Sequence record: KJ019142.1
Strand: one strand, 5' to 3'
DNA: 64,000 nucleotides
Shown one piece after another: positions 11,699 to 22,373 of the stretch (position 1 is its first letter; each line of letters begins with the position of its first letter). Position numbers and translations under genes: made by a program. The notes beneath the pieces are model-generated. The model made no database searches. It saw only the letters and a program-made list of their open reading frames with translations, and had not been told where the DNA came from.

Positions 11699-14600
11699 AT
11701 GTCTCAGATTAACCTAGATACCAGCCCATACTTTGACGACTTCGATCCGTCAAAGGACTACTATAAAGTACTCTTCAAGCCAGGATTCCCGGTTCAAGCA
11801 AGAGAACTTACCACTCTGCAATCAATTTTACAGAACCAGGTAAGTAACTTTGGAAAGCACCTCTTCAAAGAGGGATCCATGGTTATCCCTGGTAGTATAA
11901 CTTATAATGCAAAGTATGAGTCTATTGTCATAAACAAACAACAGGGGGGTATCGACGTTTCTCTATATGCTTCTCGACTAGTTGGTAAAACTATTCAGGG
12001 TAAAACTAGCGGAGTTACCGCTAAGGTTATTAACTTCCTACTACCACCAAATAACGGAGTAACAAGCCCAACAATCTTTGTTTCATATATCAATAGTGGT
12101 TCGGATGCGGCAACAACTGTTTTCGACAATAACGAGGAGTTAATTTCCACTTCCGACATTGTATATGGTAATACTACAATTACTGCCGGGACTACATTTG
12201 CTAGTACTATTTCAACTCTATCCACAGCGGTAGGTTCTGCTGCCCAGATCAGAGATGGTATCTACTTCATTCGGGGTTTCTTTGCTCAGGTTCGTGAAAG
12301 TGTAGTAATCTTAGAACCTTTTAGTAATACTCCTTCATATAGAGTTGGTCTACAGATCACTGAACAGGTTATTACTGCTGGTCAGGACAACTCACTATAT
12401 GATAACGCCAAGGGGTTCAATAACTTCTCAGCACCAGGTGCGGATAGACTAAAAATATCCACCAAACTTATTAAGAAACCACTAGACGATTATAATGATA
12501 CTAACTTTGTAGAGTTATTACGTGTTGATAACGGTGAAGTTAAGAAAATTGCGGAGAATAGTGACTATAATATCATTAAGGACTACCTAGCACAAAGAAC
12601 CTATGAGGAGTCTGGTGACTATACCCTGTTTGGTATGGGTATTAAAGTTGCAGAGTCATTAAGTGATAACTTAGGTAACGGTGGTGTATATCAGTTTGAT
12701 CAGAAAACAGAGCAAGGGGGAACACCCACTGACGATCTAGCGGTAGTTAAAGTATCTGCTGGTAAGGCGTATGTTCGAGGTTATGACATCAATAATCCTG
12801 GAACTGTTAACCTAGACATCAACAAACCCAGAACAACAGAGAACGTCGAAGCAAGTTCCGTTCCCTTTGAGATGGGAAGTAAGTTCTTCATCAATAACGT
12901 TACAGGAACTCCTGTTATTGGTCTAGACGTTAATGATAATATCGTCGAACTATACAATGGTCGTGTAGATGGTGCAGGGTCCTCCACAGGAGACCTTATT
13001 GGTGAGTCTCGTGTATATTCCTATTCCCTAGAAGACGCACCCTATACAGGTCCTTCTACACCTTGGAACCTATATCTATATGATACTCAGATCTTTACCA
13101 AACTAACTCTAAATGTAGATGCAACTGGTAATATCCTAACTTCATATAAGGTGAGGGGTCTCAGTAGTAACGCTACTGGTTATGTTCGTTCTGTTAGTAC
13201 CACAGAAGTAGTTCTAACTCAGGTATCTGGTGAATTTATCAGAAACGAAGCTATTTCTGTTAATGGAAAGATATCCAGTTCACTTAGTGTATCTTTAGTT
13301 GATAGTTACAGGAATAACGATGTTAGATCCATTAGCCAGGCAAGTTCCTCACTAGATCCAAACATTGAAGTTGACTTTAGTGCAGATACTCTCCAATACT
13401 CTGCTATCCCAACTGGTTTCACAGCTTCAGATTCAGTTACAATCACTACTGGTGGTGTTGTTACTTGTCCTGGTAGAATATTTGATGCTTTCCGAGTTGG
13501 TGATGTTATTGGATATCAGAAAGCTGGATCAGAAGTAATTACATACAATCAAGTATTATCACTCAACGCCACTAACACCAGTATTACTGTTGATGCAGTT
13601 GCAAATGTTGCTGGTGTTTGTGATGGAACTTTACCTTCATCCGAAACTAGATCTGGTATTAGGTTATACAACTCTAGACTCCTTAACCAAGAGATTTCTC
13701 AGTTATATGCAACTTTAGAAGAGAGGAATATTTCCAGTGTTGATTTGGCATCATCGTCATTAACCTTCGCCAAACAGATCAACAACTTATCTACAGATGC
13801 TAGTGGTGTTCTAACTGTAAATGTATCCGACCTAGATGTTTCTGGTGCGGTATTTGAAGCCTTTGATCAAGAGAGATATAGTATTCATTATTCCAATGGA
13901 ACTACACAATCTCTTAGTTCTAGTCAGGTAACTATTACATCCTCAACAGCAGAATTTACAAACTTACTCCCAAGTCAGACAACCAACGTAACACTCAATT
14001 GTACTGCTATCAAGACTGGTATTAAGTCTAAGACTAAAGTTCTACTTAGGTCTCAACTATTAGAAGTTACCAAGGCAAGCAGTGGTATTTCTACTGTGGC
14101 TCAGGGTTTGGGACAAAATGACTACTATGGTTTAAGGGTTGATGATGAAGAGATCTCACTAAATGTATCAGATGTAACTAATATTGTTGCTGTATATGAG
14201 TCATTGGATGATGGTACCCCAACGTTTGATGTTCTAGGTTTTGTCAATGGTTTAGAACTAGACACTAGAGTTGCAGTTGGAGAACAGATCAAGGGTGATG
14301 TATCTGGTGCTATTGCTCGGGTTGTTACAGTTGCAACACCTGCTTCAGTCAATATTGTATACCTAACTGAATCAACTTTTGAAGTTGGTGAATTAGTTAC
14401 GTTTATGGAATCCAAGATTGAAACTAATCTTCAATCTATTACAGAAGGTAACTACAGTAACATTACAAACAGATTTACACTTGATAAAGGACAACGTGAA
14501 CAGTTCTATGACTATTCTCGTCTAGTCAGGAATAAGAATGCTAAAGCACCTAACAAGAGAATACTAATCATCTATGATAGATTCGCTGTTCCAGTGAATG

Positions 14601-17600
14601 ACAAAGGTGATTTCTACACTGCCAATAGTTACTCCGAAGAAGACTTCAGTAAAGGTGTTCCTATGTTGGCTGGTGGAACTCTCCGTGCCTCGGACACCCT
14701 AGATTTTAGACCCAGAGTCGCCGCCTTTACCTCACTCAACTCCTCACCATTTAACTACACTTCTCGTGACTTTGGTGACAATGGTAATACTGTTATCCTA
14801 GTTACCAAACCAAGTGAAAGTATGGTTCTAGGTTATAGTTACTTTGTTGGAAGAAGGGATCGTATTGTACTAGGATCTAATGGAAAATTCAGTGTAATTG
14901 AAGGTACACCCGCTGAGTTCCCAACATTACCCACAATTGGTGATGGTGTAATGGAACTCGCCCAAATAACTTATCCACCATACCTATACTACATCGAAGA
15001 CGTTCAAATTATCGAGGTTGATAATAGACGATATACGATGAGAGATATTGGTAAGTTGGAAGATCGTATTGAGAACTTAGAAGAAGTTACGTCACTTTCA
15101 CTACTAGAAAGGGAAACAGAATCACTACAAGTTTTGGATGAAGATGGTAACGACAGATTTAAATCTGGTTTCTTTGCCGATGATTTCACGAATGCAGAAT
15201 TTATTGATAATGATTATGAAGATACCAACATTGATGTTGAACCTGCAACTTCTTCCCTAGTCACTAGACAGTTATTTTCCACCATTCCATTAAGAGCTCA
15301 ACTATCAGAAAGTATTGATGAGAACATAGTTGATTTGAGTGATAACTTACCTCTAGTAGATACTAATCTACAAAAGACTGGTGATATAGTTACCCTATCA
15401 TATGTTGAAGTTCCTTGGATTACACAACCACTATCTTCGAGAACAGAAAATGTTAACCCATTCAATGTTATTCTATTCAATGGTAGTATTACATTAAACC
15501 CAGCTTCTGATGATTTTGTTATTACTAGACAGATTCCAGGCAATACTCAAACTATTGATGTATTTGGTGATGGAAACAGTTCTAATTTCGATCAGACGTT
15601 TGTTGAGAGTGTAGAAACTGCTCAGTGGATGAGATCACGTAACATTGCTTTCCACGGTCGTGGAATCAAACCCTTCACTCAGTTCTATGCGTTCTTTGAC
15701 GGAACTTCTGGTATTGATATTATCCCCAAACTTATTGAAATCACCATGACTAACGGTGCTTTCTCCGTTGGGGAGAGGGTTGTTGGTACTACTGGAGGTA
15801 GAAGAATCTTTGCAGCTAGAGTAGCTACACCTAATCATAAGGAAGGTACTTTCAATAGTCCAGATAGAACTTTTGAGACAAATCCATATAATAGGGACGC
15901 TCAGTTGGCGTCTTCATACTCAGCCTCGTCTACAATTCTCAATATTGATACCAACTCACTAGCAGATATCACTGACTCACGTTTCTTTGGTTATATCACA
16001 CCAGGAACTAGATTAGTTGGTCAGTCTAGTGGAGCTATTGCTGATGTTACAGAAGTAAAATTAATCGCTGATACATTTGCTGAACTATATGGTGCTATTT
16101 GGTTGAGGGATCCATACGCATCCCCAACACCATCATTCAGACTTGCTACCGGTGTTCGTACACTAAAACTAACCTCTAGTACAACTAACGCACAATCTAC
16201 ACTTGGTGGAACAACGATCTCCTTTGCAGAGTCTAACTTCCAATCTAGTGGTTTGGTTCAGAACAGGCAGACTGATACTACTGTGGTAACAGTTAGACCC
16301 CTACCACCACCACCCCCACCAATTATTATTGACCAAACAGTTACTATTGTCAATAACAATACGACAGTTATCGATAATACTGTTACTCAAAATATCGATA
16401 ATACTCAAACTATTATCCGAGAAGTGGAAGTTGACGATGACGACCCATTGGCACAGACCTTTATGGTTGATGAGACCGGTGCGTTCCTAACCAGTATTGA
16501 TCTGTTTATGGCTACTAAGTCTGAAACAGATAACTTAATTGTTCAGGTTAGAACTACTGAGTTGGCAACTCCAACCAACCTTCTTATTCAAGATTTTGCT
16601 GAGGTTGTTCTATCACCTGATCAAGTTAATGTATCAGAAGATGGGACTGCGGTAACTAAAGTTACTTTCCCCTCTCCCATATATCTTGAGTCAGGTATAA
16701 CATATGCCGTTGTACTACTTGCCCCAACTACTGACGAATACACTTCGTTTATTGCTGTTATGGGTGAGGAGAATCTCTCTGGTGAGATTGATCCTAACTT
16801 AGATCTAAACGCAACACTTCCAGAAGGATCTACTCAAAGTAACTCCAATCTCCCAGGAACTGCTATTATTTCCCAGCAGTATCTCGGTGGATCACTCTTT
16901 AAGTCTCAGAATGGTACTATCTGGACACCAACTCAGTTTGAGGATCTTAAGTTCACTCTCAACAAAGCACAGTTTAACCAGACTCCAGGAACTCTATTCC
17001 TCAACAATCCACCACTAACTGAGACCGGAATTCTACCACCTGATCCAATTGAAACACTACCTAGAAAACTCAAGGTATCTGTAAGTTCTAATACTTACAA
17101 CTTCAGTGAAGGTGATATCATTTCTTCTGTTGGTTCAGGTGCTACCAATACCGCGTTGGTAACTGGTGACCTAGAGACCCTAGGTGGTCCACTAGCAACA
17201 CTCGATGTAACTGACCCTGGTGTTGGTTTCATTGATGGTTCCTACAGTAGTGTAACTGTATATCCAATTACCAGTTCTGGTTCAGGTGCTGAACTCAATG
17301 TTACCATTTCTGGTAATGTAATTACAGCAGCAACAGTAACTACTGGTGGTTCTGGTTATAGAGTTGGAGATACCATTGGTATTACAACCGCTGATGTTGG
17401 TGCCGCTGGTGGTGACTCTGTATTGACTCTCGATACCATTGGTGATACAGATACACTATTCCTCACTAACGTACAAGGTGAGAAGATGGTTATAACAGAG
17501 AGTATTAAGGTATACGATACTGTTACTGAATCCCTAAGGACAACTGGTGTAGATATTACAACAGAATCTGAAGTTCTCAATCCAATGTATAATGGTAGTA

Positions 17601-18919
17601 TCTTTGTTGCTAACATACCCAATCATGGTATGGAAGCAGACAACAATGTGGTTAGTATCACAGATATCCAACCAGATACAATTGGTAGCCCACTAACACA
17701 GAGAGTTGATGTTTCCTCTAGTAGTTTGACAATTCAGGACTCTTCCTCATTCTCCACCTTTGAGGGTATTACTACCAGTATTGGTTATGCTCTAGTTGGT
17801 GGTGAGATTATTGAATACTCCAACAGTGGTAGTGGTACTATTGGTATTACTTCTAGAGGTGTAGATAATAGTATTATTTCTACTCATAACGCTGGTGAGA
17901 GAGTATTCAAGTATGAACTCAGTGGTGTATCACTAAGGCGTATCAATAGGGAACATTTGATTCCTAATGATAGTCTCTTAGGTAATACTAGAGAGATTAA
18001 TAACTTACCCATACAGATTAGTAGAAGTCCAAGAGTATCTGGTAGAGATCAATTGAGCTTCAATCAGGAACAGACCGCAGGTGGAGCATTTGGTAGATCC
18101 TCTCAAAACTATGAGTATACTAGAATCCTACCCAATCTAGCAGCCTTTGGTTTCGGTGATTCTACTAGTATTAGATCCGTAGCAAGAACCATATCAGGTA
18201 CAAGTGCTGGTGGTTCTGAAGTATCTTTCCTAGATCAGGGAAGTATACCTGTGAATCTAAACACCTGGAACACTTTCCCCAGTGTGAGAATGGTTGCTTC
18301 TCAGGTCAATGAGATTGAATATCTACAAGATCTTCCTAGACAGAAGTCGTTTACACTAGGGTTGACACTAACCAGTACAGATCCCAACCTCTCTCCAGTA
18401 GTTGATCTTCAACAGGTTAGTTTGATTACCTCTAGAAACTCCCTAAACAAACCAATCACCAACTACGCAGATGATTCAAGAGTTAACTTACTAGTAGGTG
18501 ATCCTCACGCTTCTATCTATGTTTCACAGGTGATCAACTTAGAAACACCAGCTACCTCACTTGAGGTCATCATTAGTGCTTATCGTGATGTATCAGCTGA
18601 CTTCCGTGTTCTCTATAGGTTGTATGGTCCCAACTCCAATAACTCCACAGAACCAACTTGGGAGTTATTCCCTGGTTACACCAACATGCTAGATACTACT
18701 GGTGATGGTGTTGGTAATAGAATTATTGATCCTTCCAAGAACAATGGTTTACCAAATGCAAGAGTTAGGGATAGTAACATTGGTGAAGTTCTAGAGTATG
18801 GTTACCACGTAGATGAGTTATCTGAGTTTTCTGGTTTCCAACTTAAGATTGTCTTTAGTGGAACCAATGAAGCAAGACCACCACTATTTACCGATATTAG
18901 AGCAATCGCGTTGGCTTAA
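11699..18919 (+). CDS. Large virion structural protein, VrlC/DUF4815-like
   Basis: Characteristic N-terminus LDTSPYFDDFDPSKDYYKVLFKPGFPVQARELTTLQSILQNQ, DPLAQTF motif, C-terminal DIRAIALA; follows g8. Confidence 0.8.
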   Translation: MSQINLDTSPYFDDFDPSKDYYKVLFKPGFPVQARELTTLQSILQNQVSNFGKHLFKEGSMVIPGSITYNAKYESIVINKQQGGIDVSLYASRLVGKTIQGKTSGVTAKVINFLLPPNNGVTSPTIFVSYINSGSDAATTVFDNNEELISTSDIVYGNTTITAGTTFASTISTLSTAVGSAAQIRDGIYFIRGFFAQVRESVVILEPFSNTPSYRVGLQITEQVITAGQDNSLYDNAKGFNNFSAPGADRLKISTKLIKKPLDDYNDTNFVELLRVDNGEVKKIAENSDYNIIKDYLAQRTYEESGDYTLFGMGIKVAESLSDNLGNGGVYQFDQKTEQGGTPTDDLAVVKVSAGKAYVRGYDINNPGTVNLDINKPRTTENVEASSVPFEMGSKFFINNVTGTPVIGLDVNDNIVELYNGRVDGAGSSTGDLIGESRVYSYSLEDAPYTGPSTPWNLYLYDTQIFTKLTLNVDATGNILTSYKVRGLSSNATGYVRSVSTTEVVLTQVSGEFIRNEAISVNGKISSSLSVSLVDSYRNNDVRSISQASSSLDPNIEVDFSADTLQYSAIPTGFTASDSVTITTGGVVTCPGRIFDAFRVGDVIGYQKAGSEVITYNQVLSLNATNTSITVDAVANVAGVCDGTLPSSETRSGIRLYNSRLLNQEISQLYATLEERNISSVDLASSSLTFAKQINNLSTDASGVLTVNVSDLDVSGAVFEAFDQERYSIHYSNGTTQSLSSSQVTITSSTAEFTNLLPSQTTNVTLNCTAIKTGIKSKTKVLLRSQLLEVTKASSGISTVAQGLGQNDYYGLRVDDEEISLNVSDVTNIVAVYESLDDGTPTFDVLGFVNGLELDTRVAVGEQIKGDVSGAIARVVTVATPASVNIVYLTESTFEVGELVTFMESKIETNLQSITEGNYSNITNRFTLDKGQREQFYDYSRLVRNKNAKAPNKRILIIYDRFAVPVNDKGDFYTANSYSEEDFSKGVPMLAGGTLRASDTLDFRPRVAAFTSLNSSPFNYTSRDFGDNGNTVILVTKPSESMVLGYSYFVGRRDRIVLGSNGKFSVIEGTPAEFPTLPTIGDGVMELAQITYPPYLYYIEDVQIIEVDNRRYTMRDIGKLEDRIENLEEVTSLSLLERETESLQVLDEDGNDRFKSGFFADDFTNAEFIDNDYEDTNIDVEPATSSLVTRQLFSTIPLRAQLSESIDENIVDLSDNLPLVDTNLQKTGDIVTLSYVEVPWITQPLSSRTENVNPFNVILFNGSITLNPASDDFVITRQIPGNTQTIDVFGDGNSSNFDQTFVESVETAQWMRSRNIAFHGRGIKPFTQFYAFFDGTSGIDIIPKLIEITMTNGAFSVGERVVGTTGGRRIFAARVATPNHKEGTFNSPDRTFETNPYNRDAQLASSYSASSTILNIDTNSLADITDSRFFGYITPGTRLVGQSSGAIADVTEVKLIADTFAELYGAIWLRDPYASPTPSFRLATGVRTLKLTSSTTNAQSTLGGTTISFAESNFQSSGLVQNRQTDTTVVTVRPLPPPPPPIIIDQTVTIVNNNTTVIDNTVTQNIDNTQTIIREVEVDDDDPLAQTFMVDETGAFLTSIDLFMATKSETDNLIVQVRTTELATPTNLLIQDFAEVVLSPDQVNVSEDGTAVTKVTFPSPIYLESGITYAVVLLAPTTDEYTSFIAVMGEENLSGEIDPNLDLNATLPEGSTQSNSNLPGTAIISQQYLGGSLFKSQNGTIWTPTQFEDLKFTLNKAQFNQTPGTLFLNNPPLTETGILPPDPIETLPRKLKVSVSSNTYNFSEGDIISSVGSGATNTALVTGDLETLGGPLATLDVTDPGVGFIDGSYSSVTVYPITSSGSGAELNVTISGNVITAATVTTGGSGYRVGDTIGITTADVGAAGGDSVLTLDTIGDTDTLFLTNVQGEKMVITESIKVYDTVTESLRTTGVDITTESEVLNPMYNGSIFVANIPNHGMEADNNVVSITDIQPDTIGSPLTQRVDVSSSSLTIQDSSSFSTFEGITTSIGYALVGGEIIEYSNSGSGTIGITSRGVDNSIISTHNAGERVFKYELSGVSLRRINREHLIPNDSLLGNTREINNLPIQISRSPRVSGRDQLSFNQEQTAGGAFGRSSQNYEYTRILPNLAAFGFGDSTSIRSVARTISGTSAGGSEVSFLDQGSIPVNLNTWNTFPSVRMVASQVNEIEYLQDLPRQKSFTLGLTLTSTDPNLSPVVDLQQVSLITSRNSLNKPITNYADDSRVNLLVGDPHASIYVSQVINLETPATSLEVIISAYRDVSADFRVLYRLYGPNSNNSTEPTWELFPGYTNMLDTTGDGVGNRIIDPSKNNGLPNARVRDSNIGEVLEYGYHVDELSEFSGFQLKIVFSGTNEARPPLFTDIRAIALA

Positions 18920-19143
18920 TGGGAAAGAAAAGGGTACAGGGTTACAATAACCTTTATCGTAACGAATCCGGTGCTATCGTTAATACCGATACCACTGGTT
19001 ATGTTGCATACAAAAAGAAAAGAGATTCCTCCAAACTGAAACAGGATCAAATTGAATCCTTAGGAACTCAGTTAGAGGAAGCAAAGAATGAGATCAATGA
19101 GCTCAAGGATCTGGTCAAACAGATGATTAATAAGAACGTCTAA
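18919..19143 (+). CDS. Small conserved hypothetical protein with C-terminal coiled coil
   Basis: Start overlaps the upstream stop (TAATG); LYR..SGAIVNTD motif of the type found after VrlC-like genes. Confidence 0.7.
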   Translation: MGKKRVQGYNNLYRNESGAIVNTDTTGYVAYKKKRDSSKLKQDQIESLGTQLEEAKNEINELKDLVKQMINKNV

Positions 19144-19146
19144 ATA
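19140..19146 (+). promoter_or_regulatory. Late promoter variant CTAAATA
   Basis: TAAATA core in an intergenic position before a structural gene; the same variant recurs at 22339, 24634, 33509 and 47666. Confidence 0.6.
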
Positions 19147-19170
19147 TTAGAGTAATACTAGCTAATTCTC

Positions 19171-19704
19171 ATGGCAAGTGCCTACGTATCAAATATAACT
19201 ATTGATCAGGGTGCTGACTTTTCTGCTTATTTCACATTAGATGATGCTGGAACCTCGGTTCCTATCAATCTAACTAGATTTACTGCATATGGGCAACTTA
19301 GGAAACATCCTACTGCCCCTTTTGGTGTGCAGTTTGATATTAAGATCGCTAAGCCAAAAACTGGCGAGATTATTATCTCATTGAACTCAGCACAGACCTC
19401 CGCTTTAGATGAGGGTCGTTATGTATATGATGTATATCTCAGAAGCACCACGAACGCTAAAGTGTATCGTGTTGTGGAGGGAATGGCACTAGTTAACCCC
19501 GGTGTAACCGACATGCAAACTGGAATTATCCCACCATCATACCCACCCGTCGCTATCGGACCAACTCCACCCGCAGATCCCATCGAAGGGAATCTCTGGT
19601 GGAACTCTGAAGATGGGCGTATGTATATCTACTATATTGATAAAGACTCAGCACAGTGGGTACAGACCAATCCAAGTAGTAAAGACACAGAGAGGACTAA
19701 CTGA
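19171..19704 (+). CDS. Putative virion structural protein (IDQGADF N-terminal domain plus C-terminal GNLWW...QWV module)
   Basis: NITIDQGADFS...RYVYDV...RVVEG.A.V.PGVT domain; a Pro-rich linker; a WW module of the kind seen in fibre proteins. Confidence 0.6.
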   Translation: MASAYVSNITIDQGADFSAYFTLDDAGTSVPINLTRFTAYGQLRKHPTAPFGVQFDIKIAKPKTGEIIISLNSAQTSALDEGRYVYDVYLRSTTNAKVYRVVEGMALVNPGVTDMQTGIIPPSYPPVAIGPTPPADPIEGNLWWNSEDGRMYIYYIDKDSAQWVQTNPSSKDTERTN

Positions 19705-19961
19705 TGGCAAACTTACTCGATCAAATCGGTCAGAGAAATGTTGTTAGGGTAGTATCCCAAGGTGTCCCAGCAACATTATCTGGACTTTCAGATACAGACT
19801 TTAGTGGTATTGGTACTGGAATGGTACCAGTATGGGATGGTGATGCTTTCACACCAATAGTAGGAGGTGCCAACCAAAGTGTCTCCAATATCATTCTAAC
19901 GACAAACCCAGTCACACACGCAACTGCATGGACTGATACTATTGATGGTGGATTCTTCTAA
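19704..19961 (+). CDS. Hypothetical, probably structural protein
   Basis: Stop/start overlaps on both sides (TGATG, TAATG); ends in IDGGFF. Confidence 0.6.
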   Translation: MANLLDQIGQRNVVRVVSQGVPATLSGLSDTDFSGIGTGMVPVWDGDAFTPIVGGANQSVSNIILTTNPVTHATAWTDTIDGGFF

Positions 19962-20854
19962 TGGCAAAACCCCACACACGACAAGAACTTGTCAATTATG
20001 GATTGAGGCAGTTGGGCGCTCCAGTTCTAGAGATTAATATTGCAGATGAGCAAATTGATGATCTACTAGACGATACTATCCAACACTTCCAAGAAAGGCA
20101 CTACGATGGTGTTGTTAGAACATATCTAAAGTATGAACTAACAAAAGAAGATATTGCACGCGGTGGTGACATCAATCCAATGGTGAATCCAGGTATCACT
20201 ACAGTAGGACCAGTAACATATCCAAACCCACCCAAACAAGTAGAAGACAGGTACATAGAGAACTCCAATTGGATTCATCTACCTGATTATGTTATCGGTG
20301 TTGAGAAGGTCTATGTACCCCGAGAAGCGACTGGTGGTGTAGGTGGATATATAAACCTGATTGGTCCCGATGGGGGTCTTGGAGGAGGTTGTGGCGGTGG
20401 CGGACTCGGTGGTGGTGGTCTAGCCGGTATGGGTTATCTTGGTGGTGGAGATATAATTTCATATTTTATGGCTAAGCAATGGATGGCAACATATGACTAT
20501 ATGTTCAACCCAGACGCTGCTATTCGGTTCAATAAGAGAATGGATCGTCTATATCTTGACATCAACTGGCGTCGCCTAACAGCAGGTGAGCTTATTGTTG
20601 TTGATTGCTACAGAGCACTTGATCCTGAACAATTTGTAGAAGTCTACAATGATAGTTGGGTGAAGAAGTGGTTTACTGCTCTATTGAAAAAGCAATGGGG
20701 TCAGAACCTAATGAAGTTCAAAGGAACTAGACTTGCTGGTGGCATTGAGATGAATGGTAGAGAAATCTACGATGAAGGTGTCAAAGAACTTGAGATCATT
20801 AAGAATGATATGTCTAGTCATTATGAACTTCCTCCATTGGATATGATTGGTTAA
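19961..20854 (+). CDS. g13: Neck protein gp13
   Basis: MAKPHTRQELVNYGLRQLGAPVLEINIADEQIDD, WGQNLMKF...GGIEMNGREIYDE, ELPPLDMIG. Confidence 0.92.
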   Translation: MAKPHTRQELVNYGLRQLGAPVLEINIADEQIDDLLDDTIQHFQERHYDGVVRTYLKYELTKEDIARGGDINPMVNPGITTVGPVTYPNPPKQVEDRYIENSNWIHLPDYVIGVEKVYVPREATGGVGGYINLIGPDGGLGGGCGGGGLGGGGLAGMGYLGGGDIISYFMAKQWMATYDYMFNPDAAIRFNKRMDRLYLDINWRRLTAGELIVVDCYRALDPEQFVEVYNDSWVKKWFTALLKKQWGQNLMKFKGTRLAGGIEMNGREIYDEGVKELEIIKNDMSSHYELPPLDMIG

Positions 20855-20859
20855 GTAAA

Positions 20860-22338
20860 ATGGTTGTTAATCCCTTTTTCCTACATGGTTCCACTCAGGA
20901 ACAAAACCTGATGCAGAATCTGGTCAATGAACAGATTCAAATGTACGGGATCGATGTATATTACATCCCTCGTACATTTATTAGGGATGCGACCATCATG
21001 CGGGAGGTCACTTCCTCTGCATTTCGATCATACTTTGTTCTAGAAGCATACCTAGAGAACTTTGATGGATATGGTGGTCAAGGAGACCTCATGTCCAAGT
21101 TTGGCATTCAAGTCAAAGATGAAGTTACACTTACCATCTCCAGGGATAGGTATGAGAACTATATTGCACCATTCCTGAACTCCAGGATGTTGTATTTGAT
21201 GGACTCACCCCAAGATGATGGTCAAATGATGACCATCCAGAGACCCAAGGAAGGGGATCTAATCTACTTCCCACTGGGTAGAAGACTATTTGAGATTAAG
21301 TTTGTAGAGCATGAGAAACCCTTCTATCAGTTAGGTAAGGGATATGTTTATGAACTTCAGTGCGAACTATTTGAGTATGAAGATGAAGTCCTCGATACAA
21401 GTGTCGATGAGATCGATAGTACTCTACTTAATAAGGGTTATATTACAACTATTAACCTTGTCCCCGTTAGTAACAGAGCTGTTGTTACACCCAAAACTGG
21501 CACTGGATACATCACAGAACTAACTATCTTCAATGAGGGTAGTGGATATAAGTCACCACCTAGTATTGTTATTGATCCACCACAACTGGGAACAGATCCT
21601 AGTGTTGTTGCACTACTCACTAGACCAGATTCTAGTACCCCTGAACCTGCCATCAAACAGGTTGTAGTATTTAATAGTGGTTCTGGATATGTGGAACCAC
21701 CTAGTGTTATTGCAGTTGGTGGTGAAGGAGAGGGTTCTATTATTAGAGCAGGTATCAATAGCCTATCTGATGGTATTATTGATTTTGTTGTATCTGAGAA
21801 GGGTGCTGGTTATCCAGAAGATGTGGATATCATTGTATATGATGATGACAATAATATTGTGGCACAGGGTAAAGGGCTATCTGATGGTGATCAGATTGTA
21901 TCTGCTATTATCACAAACCCAGGAAAAGACCTACCATCCAGTGTGAGGGCTATTGTGGCAAAACCAGCAGATGAGGGTGATGGTATCTTTGTATACAATG
22001 AGATTGTAGTGGGACAACAGTCCGGTATGAGAGCGAGAGTTCGTGGATGGGATCAACCCAATTACCAACTACATATCACTAACTTAGATCCCACTCAGAA
22101 GTCTATTAACTTCCAAGCAGGTGAGACTATTGTTGGTGAAACCAGTGGTGCCAAGTATTCTCTCAAGAACTTTGTGGATACACAATCCAAAGCAGACTTC
22201 TACTCCGATAACGATAATATTGGAAATGAGGGTGAGGAGATTGTGAATACTGATGACGAATATAACCAGTTCTTTGATACTAATAGAAACTACTTTAACC
22301 CTGATTTCAGTAACAACGATCCCTTCGGTGAACAGTAA
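20860..22338 (+). CDS. g14: Neck protein gp14
   Basis: VNPFFLHGS..EQNLMQNLVNEQIQMYGIDVYYIPR; RPKEGDLIYFPL; FYQLGKGYVYELQCELFEY. Confidence 0.92.
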   Translation: MVVNPFFLHGSTQEQNLMQNLVNEQIQMYGIDVYYIPRTFIRDATIMREVTSSAFRSYFVLEAYLENFDGYGGQGDLMSKFGIQVKDEVTLTISRDRYENYIAPFLNSRMLYLMDSPQDDGQMMTIQRPKEGDLIYFPLGRRLFEIKFVEHEKPFYQLGKGYVYELQCELFEYEDEVLDTSVDEIDSTLLNKGYITTINLVPVSNRAVVTPKTGTGYITELTIFNEGSGYKSPPSIVIDPPQLGTDPSVVALLTRPDSSTPEPAIKQVVVFNSGSGYVEPPSVIAVGGEGEGSIIRAGINSLSDGIIDFVVSEKGAGYPEDVDIIVYDDDNNIVAQGKGLSDGDQIVSAIITNPGKDLPSSVRAIVAKPADEGDGIFVYNEIVVGQQSGMRARVRGWDQPNYQLHITNLDPTQKSINFQAGETIVGETSGAKYSLKNFVDTQSKADFYSDNDNIGNEGEEIVNTDDEYNQFFDTNRNYFNPDFSNNDPFGEQ

Positions 22339-22345
22339 CTAAATA
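22339..22345 (+). promoter_or_regulatory. Late promoter CTAAATA
   Basis: Intergenic, upstream of g15. Confidence 0.6.
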
Positions 22346-22373
22346 ACTTATCTAGTTATTATCATTAATACCC

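Noticed and set aside
16296-16445. Poly-Pro and Asn/Thr-rich stretch in the VrlC-like protein
   Set aside because: A low-complexity linker before the DPLAQTF domain; ordinary for this family.
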